Shown piece by piece: positions 1 through 7,890 of a stretch of DNA of 64,000 nucleotides. Source of the DNA: an uncultured Chloroflexia bacterium (lineage in GTDB: Bacteria > Chloroflexota > Limnocylindria > Limnocylindrales > CSP1-4); NCBI GenBank assembly GCA_963810725.1, contig CAWEOO010000008.1:57081-121080 (forward strand). Direction: 5' to 3'. The notes under the pieces were generated by a model. It was not told the origin of the DNA and searched no databases. It was given only the letters and a program-made list of their open reading frames with translations. Position numbers and translations under genes: made by a program. The first letter of the stretch is position 1; every line of letters begins with the position of its first letter.

Positions 1-1026
1 GCCGTAGAAGCCGACGCCCGTGTGGGTCGAGCCGTCCGGCAGCGGCTCGTCGAGGGTGACCTGCTGGCCACGGATGATCGTCCACCAGTTGCCGGCGCCC
101 TGGATCGTCACGTCGTCGACGACGATGTGGCGGTTTACCTGGAACGTGCCGGCCGGGACGAACACGATCTTGCCCTTCGCCCTCGCGGCGGCGATCGCGG
201 CGTCGAAGGCGTCCGAGGACTCCCGCTTGCCCGTCGGGTCCGCGCCGTACGCGAGGACCGAGACGGAGTTGCGCGGCGTGCGCAGCGGCGGAGCGACCTG
301 CTCGAAGTCCATCAGGTCGATGACGTACCACGCGGCGCTGGATCCCTGGGGTACGGTGAGGCGGATCGTGTCGCCCGCCTCGTAGTCGTGTCCGAGGAGC
401 ACTCGCTGCTCGTCGTAGAAGTGCATCGGGCGGAAGGGGATCGTGATGCCGGTACCGAACCAGGCGTCACGTTCGGTGATCCACCAGTCCGGGTGGATCG
501 GGCCGGCGTTGGGGTCGTTCGAGAACGAGTACTGGTTGTAGAGCCACGAATACTTGGAGGTCAGGGTCAGCGTCTGCGGTCGCTTGCCATTCGCCGTGAG
601 GGTGATCGGGGCATCGATACCGCCGCCCGTCGCGGCGTCCGGGATGCTGTAGCGAACGGTGATGGCGTTGGCGGGGCGGGTCAGGGTGAACTCGACGTAC
701 TCGCCTGGCGAGGTCAGCTTCACCGCCTGCCGGCCGGACGCCTCGGCTGCGAGCGTGTAGGCCGCGGTATCGAAGCCCATCACGCTGCCGTTGGTCGCGG
801 CATTCTCCGCTTCCTGCTCCACGAAATCGACCGTTGCGCCTCGACCCTCGGTCAATGCCGGATCGAGGGCGGCCACGGTCTCGCGGGGCGTCGGCTCCGC
901 GGCGCTCACGCCCGAGGTCAGCCCGAGCAGAGAGAGCGCCAGGGCCGTGGCTCCGGCGACGGAGATCGCCTGACGGGTCCGGCTGACGCGCGGTGTACGG
1001 GTGACGTTGCCCCTGACATGGCCCAT
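1..1026 (-). CDS. Secreted right-handed beta-helix glycoside-hydrolase-like protein (N-terminal 342 aa; 3' end runs off the window)
   Basis: Not in the ORF track because its stop lies outside the window. The reverse frame ending at nt 1 starts at ATG (complement of 1024-1026). It reads MGHVRGNVTRTPRVSRTRQAISVAGATALALSLLGLTSGVSAAEP, a Tat-like signal with an AxA site. A sugar-binding-like segment follows (VDFVEQEAENAATNG...YVEFTL). Then comes the Pectate_lyase_3-type motif VLAYGADPTGKRESSDAFDAAIAAARAKGKIVFVPAGTFQV...IQGAGNWWTIIRG. GC3 is high in this frame. Confidence 0.6.
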   Translation of the reverse strand, partial: MGHVRGNVTRTPRVSRTRQAISVAGATALALSLLGLTSGVSAAEPTPRETVAALDPALTEGRGATVDFVEQEAENAATNGSVMGFDTAAYTLAAEASGRQAVKLTSPGEYVEFTLTRPANAITVRYSIPDAATGGGIDAPITLTANGKRPQTLTLTSKYSWLYNQYSFSNDPNAGPIHPDWWITERDAWFGTGITIPFRPMHFYDEQRVLLGHDYEAGDTIRLTVPQGSSAAWYVIDLMDFEQVAPPLRTPRNSVSVLAYGADPTGKRESSDAFDAAIAAARAKGKIVFVPAGTFQVNRHIVVDDVTIQGAGNWWTIIRGQQVTLDEPLPDGSTHTGVGFYG

Positions 1027-1239
1027 CGACGTGTCCCTTTCCAGCACCGGTCGGGTGTGCGGCGCCCACGTCGCGATTCGATGGTGGTGCGGTCGGGCTG
1101 CGTCGTGGGGAAGCGTACGACGCAACGTACATCTTCAAACACCGATACGCAATACTCTGCGCATTTGTTGCAATATTTGGACACCACGCACGGAATGGGT
1201 ATGGAGGAGGTCCTCCCGCCGGGCCGCATCGGCCCGAGG

Positions 1240-1665
1240 CTAGTCCCCGCGGCGGCGGACCAGGACGAACTGGCGGAGCCCCAGCCGCCCCGCCACGACC
1301 CGGATGAGCCGCGGAAGGTGAGCCGCCGCGTCCTGACCTTCGACGACACGCGGGTCGCCGATCTCGTGGTCCCGGCCGGCGGATCGGATCGAGCCAGCAC
1401 CGGCCGCGAACAGGTTCTTCGCCCATTGCGTCGCATCGCCGAACGGGAGTGGGATGATGAATTCCGAGTCCGTCCGTAGCGCCACGACGGGCGTGGCGTA
1501 GGCTGTTCCGGAAGTGCGACCCGTGTGGCGCAGCACTGCCCACAGCGGGAACCAGCGGGTGCCGGCCAACGGCCGCGCGACCGGGCCGAGGGGCACGGCG
1601 AGTCGACGGATCGGGCCGCTCAGGCGCGGACGGCCGGCAACGAACGTCGCGGGTTTGCCGTTCAT
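1240..1665 (-). CDS. Deazaflavin-dependent nitroreductase-family (DUF385-like) protein
   Basis: 141-aa ORF. The segment LRHTGRTSGTAYATPVVAL...FGDATQWAKNLFAAGAGSIRSAGRDHEIGDPRVV resembles the DUF385 split-barrel family. Its start overlaps the sigma-factor stop by 4 nt (1662-1665), so the two form one operon. Confidence 0.6.
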   Translation of the reverse strand: MNGKPATFVAGRPRLSGPIRRLAVPLGPVARPLAGTRWFPLWAVLRHTGRTSGTAYATPVVALRTDSEFIIPLPFGDATQWAKNLFAAGAGSIRSAGRDHEIGDPRVVEGQDAAAHLPRLIRVVAGRLGLRQFVLVRRRGD

Positions 1666-2555
1666 CGGACACCCTCGGGGAAGTCGTCGAAGCGGCCGAC
1701 CTTGGCCGGATCCCCGATCAAGTCGATCGCCGCGATACGACCGTCCGCGACGGTGAACCCGACGACATAGCGCGGTCGACCAGCGGCCCGGACGATGACC
1801 CCCGCACCCCCGTTGACGATCGCGGGCTCCGCAAGCGGCGCGAACCGCGCTCCCCCTGCCGACAGGATCTCGTGGGCGACGTCGCGGGCCCCCAGGATCG
1901 GCGGACGGGCAAGCAGGCCCGCTCCTCCACCGTCCATCCGGAACACGACGTCGGGGTCGAGCACGCGGAGCAACGCCTCGAAATCGCCGGCTCGGGCCGC
2001 GGCCAGGAACGCATCGACGACGCGACGCTGCACGGCGAGGTCGGCGTCGGGGCTCGGCGCCCCTTCACGGACGCGCCGCCGCGCTCGACTCGCCAGTTGC
2101 CGAGCGGCCGCAGGCGTCCTGCCGACAACCTCGGCGATCTCCTCGAACGAGACGGCGAAGACGTCGTGGAGCACGAACGCCAGGCGCTCGGCCGGTGTCA
2201 GCGTCTCGAGCACGACGAGCAGGGCCAGCCCGACCGAATCGGCCATGACCGCGTCGTGCTCGGGGCTCTGGTCCGGCGCGCCCGTCACGATCGGCTCCGG
2301 CAGCCAGCTCCCGGCGTAATCCTCGCGTCGCGTCTTGCGCGATCGGAGCATGTCAAGGCAGATCCGGCCGACGACCACGGTGAGCCATCCTCGAAGGTCA
2401 TCGGTGCCTCCCGGATCGCGCCGATCGAGCCGGACCCATGCTTCCTGGACCGCGTCCTCGGATTCGCTGATCGAACCGAGCAACCGGTACGCGACGCCGC
2501 GCAGGTGCGGTCGCTGATGCTCGAATTCCTGGGCGAGCCATTCACGTCGTTCCAC
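1662..2555 (-). CDS. ECF RNA polymerase sigma factor with C-terminal SnoaL/NTF2-like extension (SigJ/ECF41-like)
   Basis: 297 aa. Sigma region 2 (SESEDAVQEAWVRL) and region 4 (TPAERLAFVLHDVFAVSFEEIAEVVGRTPAAARQLASRARRRV) are present. They are followed by a tail of about 120 aa. No anti-sigma gene is adjacent. Confidence 0.85.
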   Translation of the reverse strand: MERREWLAQEFEHQRPHLRGVAYRLLGSISESEDAVQEAWVRLDRRDPGGTDDLRGWLTVVVGRICLDMLRSRKTRREDYAGSWLPEPIVTGAPDQSPEHDAVMADSVGLALLVVLETLTPAERLAFVLHDVFAVSFEEIAEVVGRTPAAARQLASRARRRVREGAPSPDADLAVQRRVVDAFLAAARAGDFEALLRVLDPDVVFRMDGGGAGLLARPPILGARDVAHEILSAGGARFAPLAEPAIVNGGAGVIVRAAGRPRYVVGFTVADGRIAAIDLIGDPAKVGRFDDFPEGVR

Positions 2556-2730
2556 GGGGTCGGACCTCGGTCATTTCGCGGGTGTCACTGGGAGTACGGA
2601 GATCAGGGGGCAGATGTGACGGATGCGCTCGGGCCGGCTCGCGCGGTCACATCTGCGCCGGCTGCGGAGTACTCAGTTTGACAAGCCAACGACCGTCGCC
2701 ATTCGAAGGGCGACCAGCCAGGAGCCTCCC

Positions 2731-3144
2731 GTGACCACGCACCCCGCCGCCCATCCATCCAGCCCCGTCGACATCGCCCTGCGAGCGGCGATCGTCGGCC
2801 TCACGCTCGCGACCGCATCAATCCACGCGTCCCTTGGCGGCCTGCTGTTCACGGCCAACGCGATCGGCTATGTCGTCCTCGCCACGGCCATGGTCGCTCC
2901 GCTGGCGCTCGCGAGCCGCCTGCGCGCGGTCGTGCGCATCAGTCTGGCGGGCTACGCCGCGACGACCATCCTGGGGTGGGCCATCCAGGGCCCCTTCTAC
3001 TCCACGGCGTACGTCGCCAAAGCCATCGAGCTCGTCCTGATCGTCCTGCTGGCGATCGAATTCGATCGGTTCGACGGCAATCCGCTGGTCCTGATCCGGC
3101 GCGAGCTTCGATCGGGTCTGGCCCGCCTGCGCGGCGGGTATTGA
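2731..3144 (+). CDS. Small integral membrane protein
   Basis: GTG at 2731 is preceded by GGAG (2721-2724). The 137-aa product has four hydrophobic helices (IALRAAIVGLTLATASIHA, AIGYVVLATAMVAPLALA, LAGYAATTILGWAI, AIELVLIVLLAIEF). The upstream part of the 173-aa track ORF is Arg-rich and unlikely to be coding. Confidence 0.55.
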   Translation: MTTHPAAHPSSPVDIALRAAIVGLTLATASIHASLGGLLFTANAIGYVVLATAMVAPLALASRLRAVVRISLAGYAATTILGWAIQGPFYSTAYVAKAIELVLIVLLAIEFDRFDGNPLVLIRRELRSGLARLRGGY

Positions 3145-3171
3145 CATTGGAGCGACTCCAAGGTCTACCGT
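3141..3171 (+). promoter_or_regulatory. MerR-type promoter/operator: TTGACA, 19-bp spacer holding an inverted repeat, TACCGT
   Basis: The -35 TTGACA is at 3141-3146. The inverted repeat cATTGGAG-cga-CTCCAAgg is at 3145-3163. The -10 candidate TACCGT is at 3166-3171 and ends 6 nt before the ATG at 3178, a leaderless geometry. The site matches the one at 4736-4758 at 22 of 23 positions. Confidence 0.55.
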
Positions 3172-3177
3172 CGCGCC

Positions 3178-4266
3178 ATGGCAGCGACACCAGAGACCGG
3201 TTTCCTCGTCATCGCGGACCTCACCGGCTATACCGCCTACCTCTCGACAAGCGAGCTGGAGCACGCCCCCGCGATCGCCGGTGACCTGCTCGAAACGATC
3301 GTCGGCCGCCTGGAGCCGCCGTTCCGACTGACGAAGTTCGAGGGTGATGCGGCCTTCCTCTTCGTGGAGGACGGGCGGGCCGACGCGTCGTTGCTCCTCG
3401 ATGCGATCGAGGCGTCCTACGTCGCGTTCCGGCGGCGGCTCAGAAGCATCGACCAGGCCACGAGTTGCGAGTGCAATTCCTGCCGGCTGGCACCCCGACT
3501 CGACCTCAAGCTCTTCGTCCACCACGGCTCGTACGTTCGAGGCCGGATCGCCGGTCGTGACGAGCTGGCCGGCAGCGACGTGATCCTCGTTCACCGGCTC
3601 CTCAAGGGCACGACCGCCACAGAGTCCTCCCGCAGCGGCTTCGCGCTCTTCACCGCCGCGGCGATCGAAGCGCTCGGTCTCGAACCCGCGTCGCTTGGGC
3701 TCGTCCGGGCGGACGAAGCGATCGAGCACCTGGGCCACGTGGCCACCTTCACGCTCGACCTCGAGGCGCGCTGGCAGGTCGAGACGGGCGTCCGCCGAGT
3801 CGAGGTCGCTGATGCCAGTGTCGTGCTCGATATCGAAACGACGATCGACGCGGATCCAGCCGTCGTGTGGGCCCACCTGACCTCGCCGTCGCTTCGGACG
3901 TTGTGGGAGGGACCGCTGGTCATCGAGGAGACGTCACCCGGCGGACGGCGAGGAGTCGGGACCATCGCCCAATGCGTCACCGGCCGGCTGGCCACGCTCG
4001 AGGAGATCGTCGACTGGCAACCGTACGACCACGCCGGCTGGCGACTGGCTGTACCTGGGCTCGGACCGGTCATGGCGAGCGCGGATCTCGAGCCGACCGA
4101 CAGCGGCACCCGGCTTCGACTGCGCTGGGCGTACGTTGGTGACCCGCCTGTCAACCGGGGGGAGATCGAGCGGATCCGCGCCGAGAAGGAAGCCGCATTC
4201 GCTCGCCTCGCAACCATCACCGCCGGCCCGTTGCCGATGATCGAACTGCTGGAGGCACGACCATGA
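3178..4266 (+). CDS. DUF2652-like domain fused to an SRPBCC (START/polyketide-cyclase-like) domain
   Basis: 362 aa. The N-terminal half (GFLVIADLTGYTAYL...LTKFEGDAAFLFV...LKLFVHHGSYV...SDVILVHRLLKG) matches my recollection of DUF2652. The C-terminal ~150 aa (DADPAVVWAHLTSPSLRTLWEG...) is SRPBCC-like. The stop overlaps the next start (ATGA at 4263-4266). Confidence 0.7.
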   Translation: MAATPETGFLVIADLTGYTAYLSTSELEHAPAIAGDLLETIVGRLEPPFRLTKFEGDAAFLFVEDGRADASLLLDAIEASYVAFRRRLRSIDQATSCECNSCRLAPRLDLKLFVHHGSYVRGRIAGRDELAGSDVILVHRLLKGTTATESSRSGFALFTAAAIEALGLEPASLGLVRADEAIEHLGHVATFTLDLEARWQVETGVRRVEVADASVVLDIETTIDADPAVVWAHLTSPSLRTLWEGPLVIEETSPGGRRGVGTIAQCVTGRLATLEEIVDWQPYDHAGWRLAVPGLGPVMASADLEPTDSGTRLRLRWAYVGDPPVNRGEIERIRAEKEAAFARLATITAGPLPMIELLEARP

Positions 4267-4721
4267 TCACGTTCGAGACGGAACAGACGATCGCTCGATC
4301 GGCGGACGACGTCTGGACATACGCCGCCGACATCCTTCGGCATCCCGATTGGATGGGGGTCACGGACGCACGGATCCTGCGCGGCCAGGGATCGGAGATC
4401 GGGGCGCGTGGACGCGAGCGCCTGGTGCTCGGGCCGTTCCGGTGGGACGTCGAATTCGAGGTGTCCGAGGCCGTGCCGGGTCGCCGGATCGTGTGGCGGG
4501 CGGTGTCTGGCCCGCTCCAAGGCGAGGTTGCGTTGGACCTCGCCGCCGTTGGACCAAGCTCTACGCGCGCGACGTACGGGGCCGCAATGCGGCTGCGCGG
4601 GCTGTGGCGACTCCTTACACCCCTCGTGGTGATGGAAGGCAAGGCCGGCCAGGCGCGGGAACTCCAACGTCTCAAGGAGAACGTCGAGACGGCCCCGGTC
4701 GTGGCCCCAGCGACTTCATGA
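4263..4721 (+). CDS. SRPBCC family protein (polyketide cyclase/dehydrase-like)
   Basis: 152 aa. MITFETEQTIARSADDVWTYAADILRHPDWMG...RRIVWRAVSGPLQGEVALDL is typical of SRPBCC ligand-binding proteins. It is translationally coupled to the upstream gene. Confidence 0.75.
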   Translation: MITFETEQTIARSADDVWTYAADILRHPDWMGVTDARILRGQGSEIGARGRERLVLGPFRWDVEFEVSEAVPGRRIVWRAVSGPLQGEVALDLAAVGPSSTRATYGAAMRLRGLWRLLTPLVVMEGKAGQARELQRLKENVETAPVVAPATS

Positions 4722-4735
4722 AGGCCTGGGGACGC

Positions 4736-4766
4736 TTGACATTCGAGCGACTCCAAGGTTTGCTGC
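4736..4766 (+). promoter_or_regulatory. Second copy of the MerR-type operator/promoter, directly upstream of merR-like gene
   Basis: ttgacattcgagcgactccaagg (4736-4758) differs from 3141-3163 at one base. The ATG at 4771 follows at almost the same distance as at the first site. The -10 is weaker (TTTGCT or TGCTGC). Confidence 0.5.
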
Positions 4767-4770
4767 CGAC

Positions 4771-5250
4771 ATGAGGATCGGCGAACTCGCGCGACAGGTC
4801 GGCGTGTCGACCGATACCGTGCGCTTCTATGAGCGCTCGGGCTGGCTTCCGCGGGCCTCGCGACGGGACAACGACTACCGCGACTACGGCGAACCGGACG
4901 TCGAACACCTGCGCCTCCTGATCGACCTTCGACGGCTCGACGTCCCGCTCGGCGACGCCGGCAGGATCGCGAGCTGGTGTCATTCCGGCCATTGCGCCGA
5001 CACGACCGCCGAATTGCCGCGGCTCATCGGCGAACGGCGCACCGACATCGCCGATCGGATCGCCGGCCTCCAGGCCCTCGACGCTCGGCTGAGCGGGCTC
5101 GAACGGCACCTCACCCGGCCACGCACGGTCCTGCCGATGGCGGACACGACGGGACCGTGCTGCGACGCGGCCGACGCCGTCGTCTCGTCCGAGGCCGGTG
5201 GGTGCGCGTGCTGTTCGCCGGCTGCGGTCGTGACTACAGCTCCGCGGTGA
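4771..5250 (+). CDS. MerR family transcriptional regulator, Cys/His-rich (putative metal or redox sensor)
   Basis: 159 aa. It has a MerR HTH (MRIGELARQVGVSTDTVRFYERSGWLP...DYRDY) and a coiled-coil helix. Cysteine clusters are CHSGHC and the C-terminal GPCCDAAD...GGCACCSP. Confidence 0.85.
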   Translation: MRIGELARQVGVSTDTVRFYERSGWLPRASRRDNDYRDYGEPDVEHLRLLIDLRRLDVPLGDAGRIASWCHSGHCADTTAELPRLIGERRTDIADRIAGLQALDARLSGLERHLTRPRTVLPMADTTGPCCDAADAVVSSEAGGCACCSPAAVVTTAPR

Positions 5251-5524
5251 TGCGCCCCGCCGTGTAGGTCGCCCACGGCTCCCGGAGCTCGGGCTCAGTC
5301 CGCTCGTACTCGGCGTTGCTGCTGGCGAGGAACTCGGCCAATCGGTCGATGCTGATGGGATGCCCGAGCAACCCGCCGAGCCCGTGCTCGACGGCGTACG
5401 CCGCGTACCAGCGCGGCCACGCCTGGTCATAGACGCCCTGCAGCTCTGTCTCCTCGAACTCGCCGTGCGCCGCGGCCGCCCGGACGAGCAACGCATCGAT
5501 CGCTTCCGTTTCCACGATCTCCAC
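5234..5524 (-). CDS. Hypothetical small protein (96 aa)
   Basis: GTG at 5524 has GCGCAGGAGCAGGGGA immediately upstream. The product is VEIVETEAIDALLVRAAAAHGEFEETELQGVYDQAWPRWYAAYAVEHGLGG.... The upstream two thirds of the 263-aa track ORF is Arg/Pro-rich noise. I recognise no family. It overlaps the merR 3' end by 17 nt (convergent). Confidence 0.45.
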   Translation of the reverse strand: MEIVETEAIDALLVRAAAAHGEFEETELQGVYDQAWPRWYAAYAVEHGLGGLLGHPISIDRLAEFLASSNAEYERTEPELREPWATYTAGRITAEL

Positions 5525-5595
5525 TCCCCTGCTCCTGCGCGTTTCGCGGCCAATCTGCTCCCTCGCGAGCACGGGCGCAATGCACCCAGCCGCCG

Positions 5596-6270
5596 TCAGA
5601 CCGGATCGCGGACCTGTTCCAGACCGTCGAGGATGACGTCGAGGCCGACCTCGAACTCGTTCGCGAAGTCGTAGCCCGGTTTCATCGCGTGCTCGGTGAT
5701 GAAGTCGGCCAGGTTCTGGTATTCGCCCGGCGCGAACGGCGCCAGCATGGTCTCCGACAGCTCGACGATGTCGCTCGTGTCCTCGAACGGGAGATTCATC
5801 TTCGTCATCGCAAACCCATAGATGTAGGCGTCCAGGAGCGAGTAGGCCGTGGCGACCATCGCCATGTCGAAGCCGGCCGCCCGAAGGCAACCGATGACGG
5901 CGTCGTGGTGCCGAAGGTTGGCCGGCCCCGGGTTGGTCCGCGACTCCATCAGGCCGATCGCCCATCGATGCCGCAGGAGCGCGTCGCGGACCGAGATCGC
6001 CCGCCGCCGCATGGCGATCTTCCAATCGTCGCCGACCGCCGGCAGGTCGATCTCGCCGAAGACGAGGTCCACGATGCCGTCCAGGACCCGCTCCTTGTTG
6101 GCGAAGTGGTAGTAGAGCGCCATCGCCTCGACGCCGAGGGCCTGACCGAGCTTGCGCATGCTCAGCCCTTCGAGCCCACCTTGATCGGCGAGCTTCAGCG
6201 CGGCCTCGAGCACCCGCTCTCGGGTCAACGGGAGGCGGCGCTGGACTGGTTTCGTCGTCTGCGCGGTCAT
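5596..6270 (-). CDS. TetR/AcrR family transcriptional regulator
   Basis: Start is at the internal ATG at 6270 (MTAQTTKP...) with GGAAGGAG upstream. The HTH is RERVLEAALKLADQGGLEGLSMRKLGQALGVEAMALYYHFANKE. A TetR-class C-terminal domain follows. Confidence 0.85.
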   Translation of the reverse strand: MTAQTTKPVQRRLPLTRERVLEAALKLADQGGLEGLSMRKLGQALGVEAMALYYHFANKERVLDGIVDLVFGEIDLPAVGDDWKIAMRRRAISVRDALLRHRWAIGLMESRTNPGPANLRHHDAVIGCLRAAGFDMAMVATAYSLLDAYIYGFAMTKMNLPFEDTSDIVELSETMLAPFAPGEYQNLADFITEHAMKPGYDFANEFEVGLDVILDGLEQVRDPV

Positions 6271-6307
6271 GGGCTCCTTCCTGCCGATCCCTTCTCGGAT
6301 CCGGGGG

Positions 6308-6362
6308 TTGACAGTTCCGACTTTACACCGTACATTCACGGCAGTGTTGACTTTACACCGTA
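6308..6362 (+). promoter_or_regulatory. Promoter (TTGACA-17-TACATT) overlapped by two 14-bp direct repeats (likely TetR operator)
   Basis: TTGACA is at 6308-6313 and TACATT at 6331-6336. GACTTTACACCGTA occurs at 6319-6332 and again at 6349-6362, a 30-bp spacing. The region lies between the divergent tetR and oxidoreductase genes. Confidence 0.45.
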
Positions 6363-6378
6363 TAGCGACTGGAGTCCA

Positions 6379-7341
6379 ATGATGCAGGCGATCGTTCAAG
6401 ACAGATACGGCTCAGCCGAGGTCCTGGAGGCGCAGGAGATCGAGAAGCCGCAGATCGGCGACGACGAGGTGCTGGTCCGCGTTCACGCGGCCTCGATCCA
6501 CGTCGGCGACTGGATCCTCATGACGGGTTCGCCGTTCATCATGCGGCTGGCCACCGGCCTCCGACGGCCGAAGAACCGGGTGCCCGGGACGGATGTCGCT
6601 GGCACGATCGAGGCGGTCGGCAAGGACGTGACGGGGCTTCGCGCAGGCGACGAGGTCTTCGGCTGGGGCGCGGGCGCATTCGCCGAGTACGCCCGAGCGA
6701 CCGCGGACCAGTTCGTGAAGAAGCCCGCCAACCTGACGTTCGAGGAGGCCGCTTCGGTCGGCGTATCCGCAACCACCGCCCTCCAGCTCCTTCGCGACAA
6801 CGGCACCGTCAAGCCGGGCCAGAAGGTCCTGATCAACGGGGCATCCGGCGGGGTCGGCACCTTCGCCGTGCAGATCGCGAAGGCCTTCGGTGCCGAGGTG
6901 ACCGGCGTGTCCAGCACCAGGAACCTGGGCATGGTCCGGTCCATCGGTGCCGACCACGTCATCGACTACACCCGCGTGGACTTCACGGCCGGCACCGAGC
7001 GGTACGACCTGATCCTCGACAACGTGGGCAACCACTCGATGGCCCGGACCCGGCGTGCGCTGAAGCCGGGCGGGATGCTGATCTCGAACGGCGGCGGCCA
7101 CGCCGACGGCAAGCTGGGCCGGACGATCCGGACGATGCTCGTCTCGATGTTCGTGCGCCAGCAGGCGGGCCCGACCGTCAAGTCGCAGAACCACGATGAC
7201 CTGATCGCCCTGAAGGACCTCGTCGAGGCCGGGAAGATGCGACCCGTGATCGACCGGACGTACCCGTTGATCCAGACCCCCGAGGCGATCGATCACGTCG
7301 CCGCCGGACACGCCCGGGGCACGGTGGTCATCAGCGTCTGA
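6379..7341 (+). CDS. NAD(P)-dependent MDR-family oxidoreductase (quinone oxidoreductase / Zn-ADH-like)
   Basis: Real start is ATG 6379 (MMQAIVQDRYGSAEVLE...), preceded by GGAG at 6371-6374. It has the Rossmann motif INGASGGVGTFAVQIAKAFGAEV. The 5' 230 codons of the 550-aa track ORF are antisense to tetR and were rejected. Confidence 0.85.
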   Translation: MMQAIVQDRYGSAEVLEAQEIEKPQIGDDEVLVRVHAASIHVGDWILMTGSPFIMRLATGLRRPKNRVPGTDVAGTIEAVGKDVTGLRAGDEVFGWGAGAFAEYARATADQFVKKPANLTFEEAASVGVSATTALQLLRDNGTVKPGQKVLINGASGGVGTFAVQIAKAFGAEVTGVSSTRNLGMVRSIGADHVIDYTRVDFTAGTERYDLILDNVGNHSMARTRRALKPGGMLISNGGGHADGKLGRTIRTMLVSMFVRQQAGPTVKSQNHDDLIALKDLVEAGKMRPVIDRTYPLIQTPEAIDHVAAGHARGTVVISV

Positions 7342-7394
7342 CCAACATTCGGCTCGTTTCCCAACCCACCTCGACACACCGAAAGGAACACATC

Positions 7395-7802
7395 ATGTCC
7401 AAGGAAACAGTGAAGCGCCTCTTCATCGGCAGCCTGATCGCCGCTGCCGCGGGGACCATCATCGCCATCAGCGCGGTCTGGCTCGCGATCGTCAACGACG
7501 TGTTCGTGATGAACGGAGGGGACATCGTCGGGATCCAGGGCAGCGCCCTCGCGTGGGTCTTGGGCGGTCTTGGCCTCGCCGGAGCGCTCGTCTTCACGGG
7601 CGGGCTGATCGGCGGCTTGATCTCGTGGATCGGCGCCCTCCTGAACACCGCCCAGCTCGAGAGCAAGGCGTGGTTCCTCGCGCTGCTCCTGCTCGGGATC
7701 TTCAACTTCGGGTTCTTCGCGATGATCGCCTACCTCATCGCAGGCCCCGATGGCACGGCAGGGGCCGCGCCGCACCGAACCCAGGCGGTCGCCATCGCCT
7801 GA
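7395..7802 (+). CDS. Integral membrane protein, Gly-rich helices
   Basis: 135 aa with 4 hydrophobic segments (LFIGSLIAAAAGTIIAISAVWLAIV, ALAWVLGGLGLAGALVFTGGLIGGLISWIGALL, AWFLALLLLGIFNFGFFAMIAYLIAG). GAAAGGAA lies upstream. Confidence 0.6.
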   Translation: MSKETVKRLFIGSLIAAAAGTIIAISAVWLAIVNDVFVMNGGDIVGIQGSALAWVLGGLGLAGALVFTGGLIGGLISWIGALLNTAQLESKAWFLALLLLGIFNFGFFAMIAYLIAGPDGTAGAAPHRTQAVAIA

Positions 7803-7890
7803 CGCACGCGATCCCGCGCGATCGCCGGCACGCCCGATGTCTTCTGAGGACGTCGGGCGTGTTTGCTTGTCAGCTTGCGACCGGTGACGA

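Noticed and set aside
1027-1239. A/T-richer stretch with short inverted repeats (GTACG-n6-CGTAC, TTGCAA-containing segment) upstream of the glycoside-hydrolase-like gene, considered as a LacI/ROK-type operator
   Set aside because: The repeats are short (5-6 bp arms) and I cannot match them to a defined operator consensus. No regulator gene is adjacent in the window. It is most likely just the promoter region, plus terminator-like hairpins of the DUF385 gene (GGAGGA-gg-TCCTCC, CGGGCC-gcatc-GGCCCG).
5689-6378. N-terminal 230 codons of the 550-aa ORF containing the MDR oxidoreductase
   Set aside because: This part is antisense to the TetR gene and crosses the operator and promoter region. A proper RBS and ATG at 6379 give a normal-length (320 aa) enzyme.
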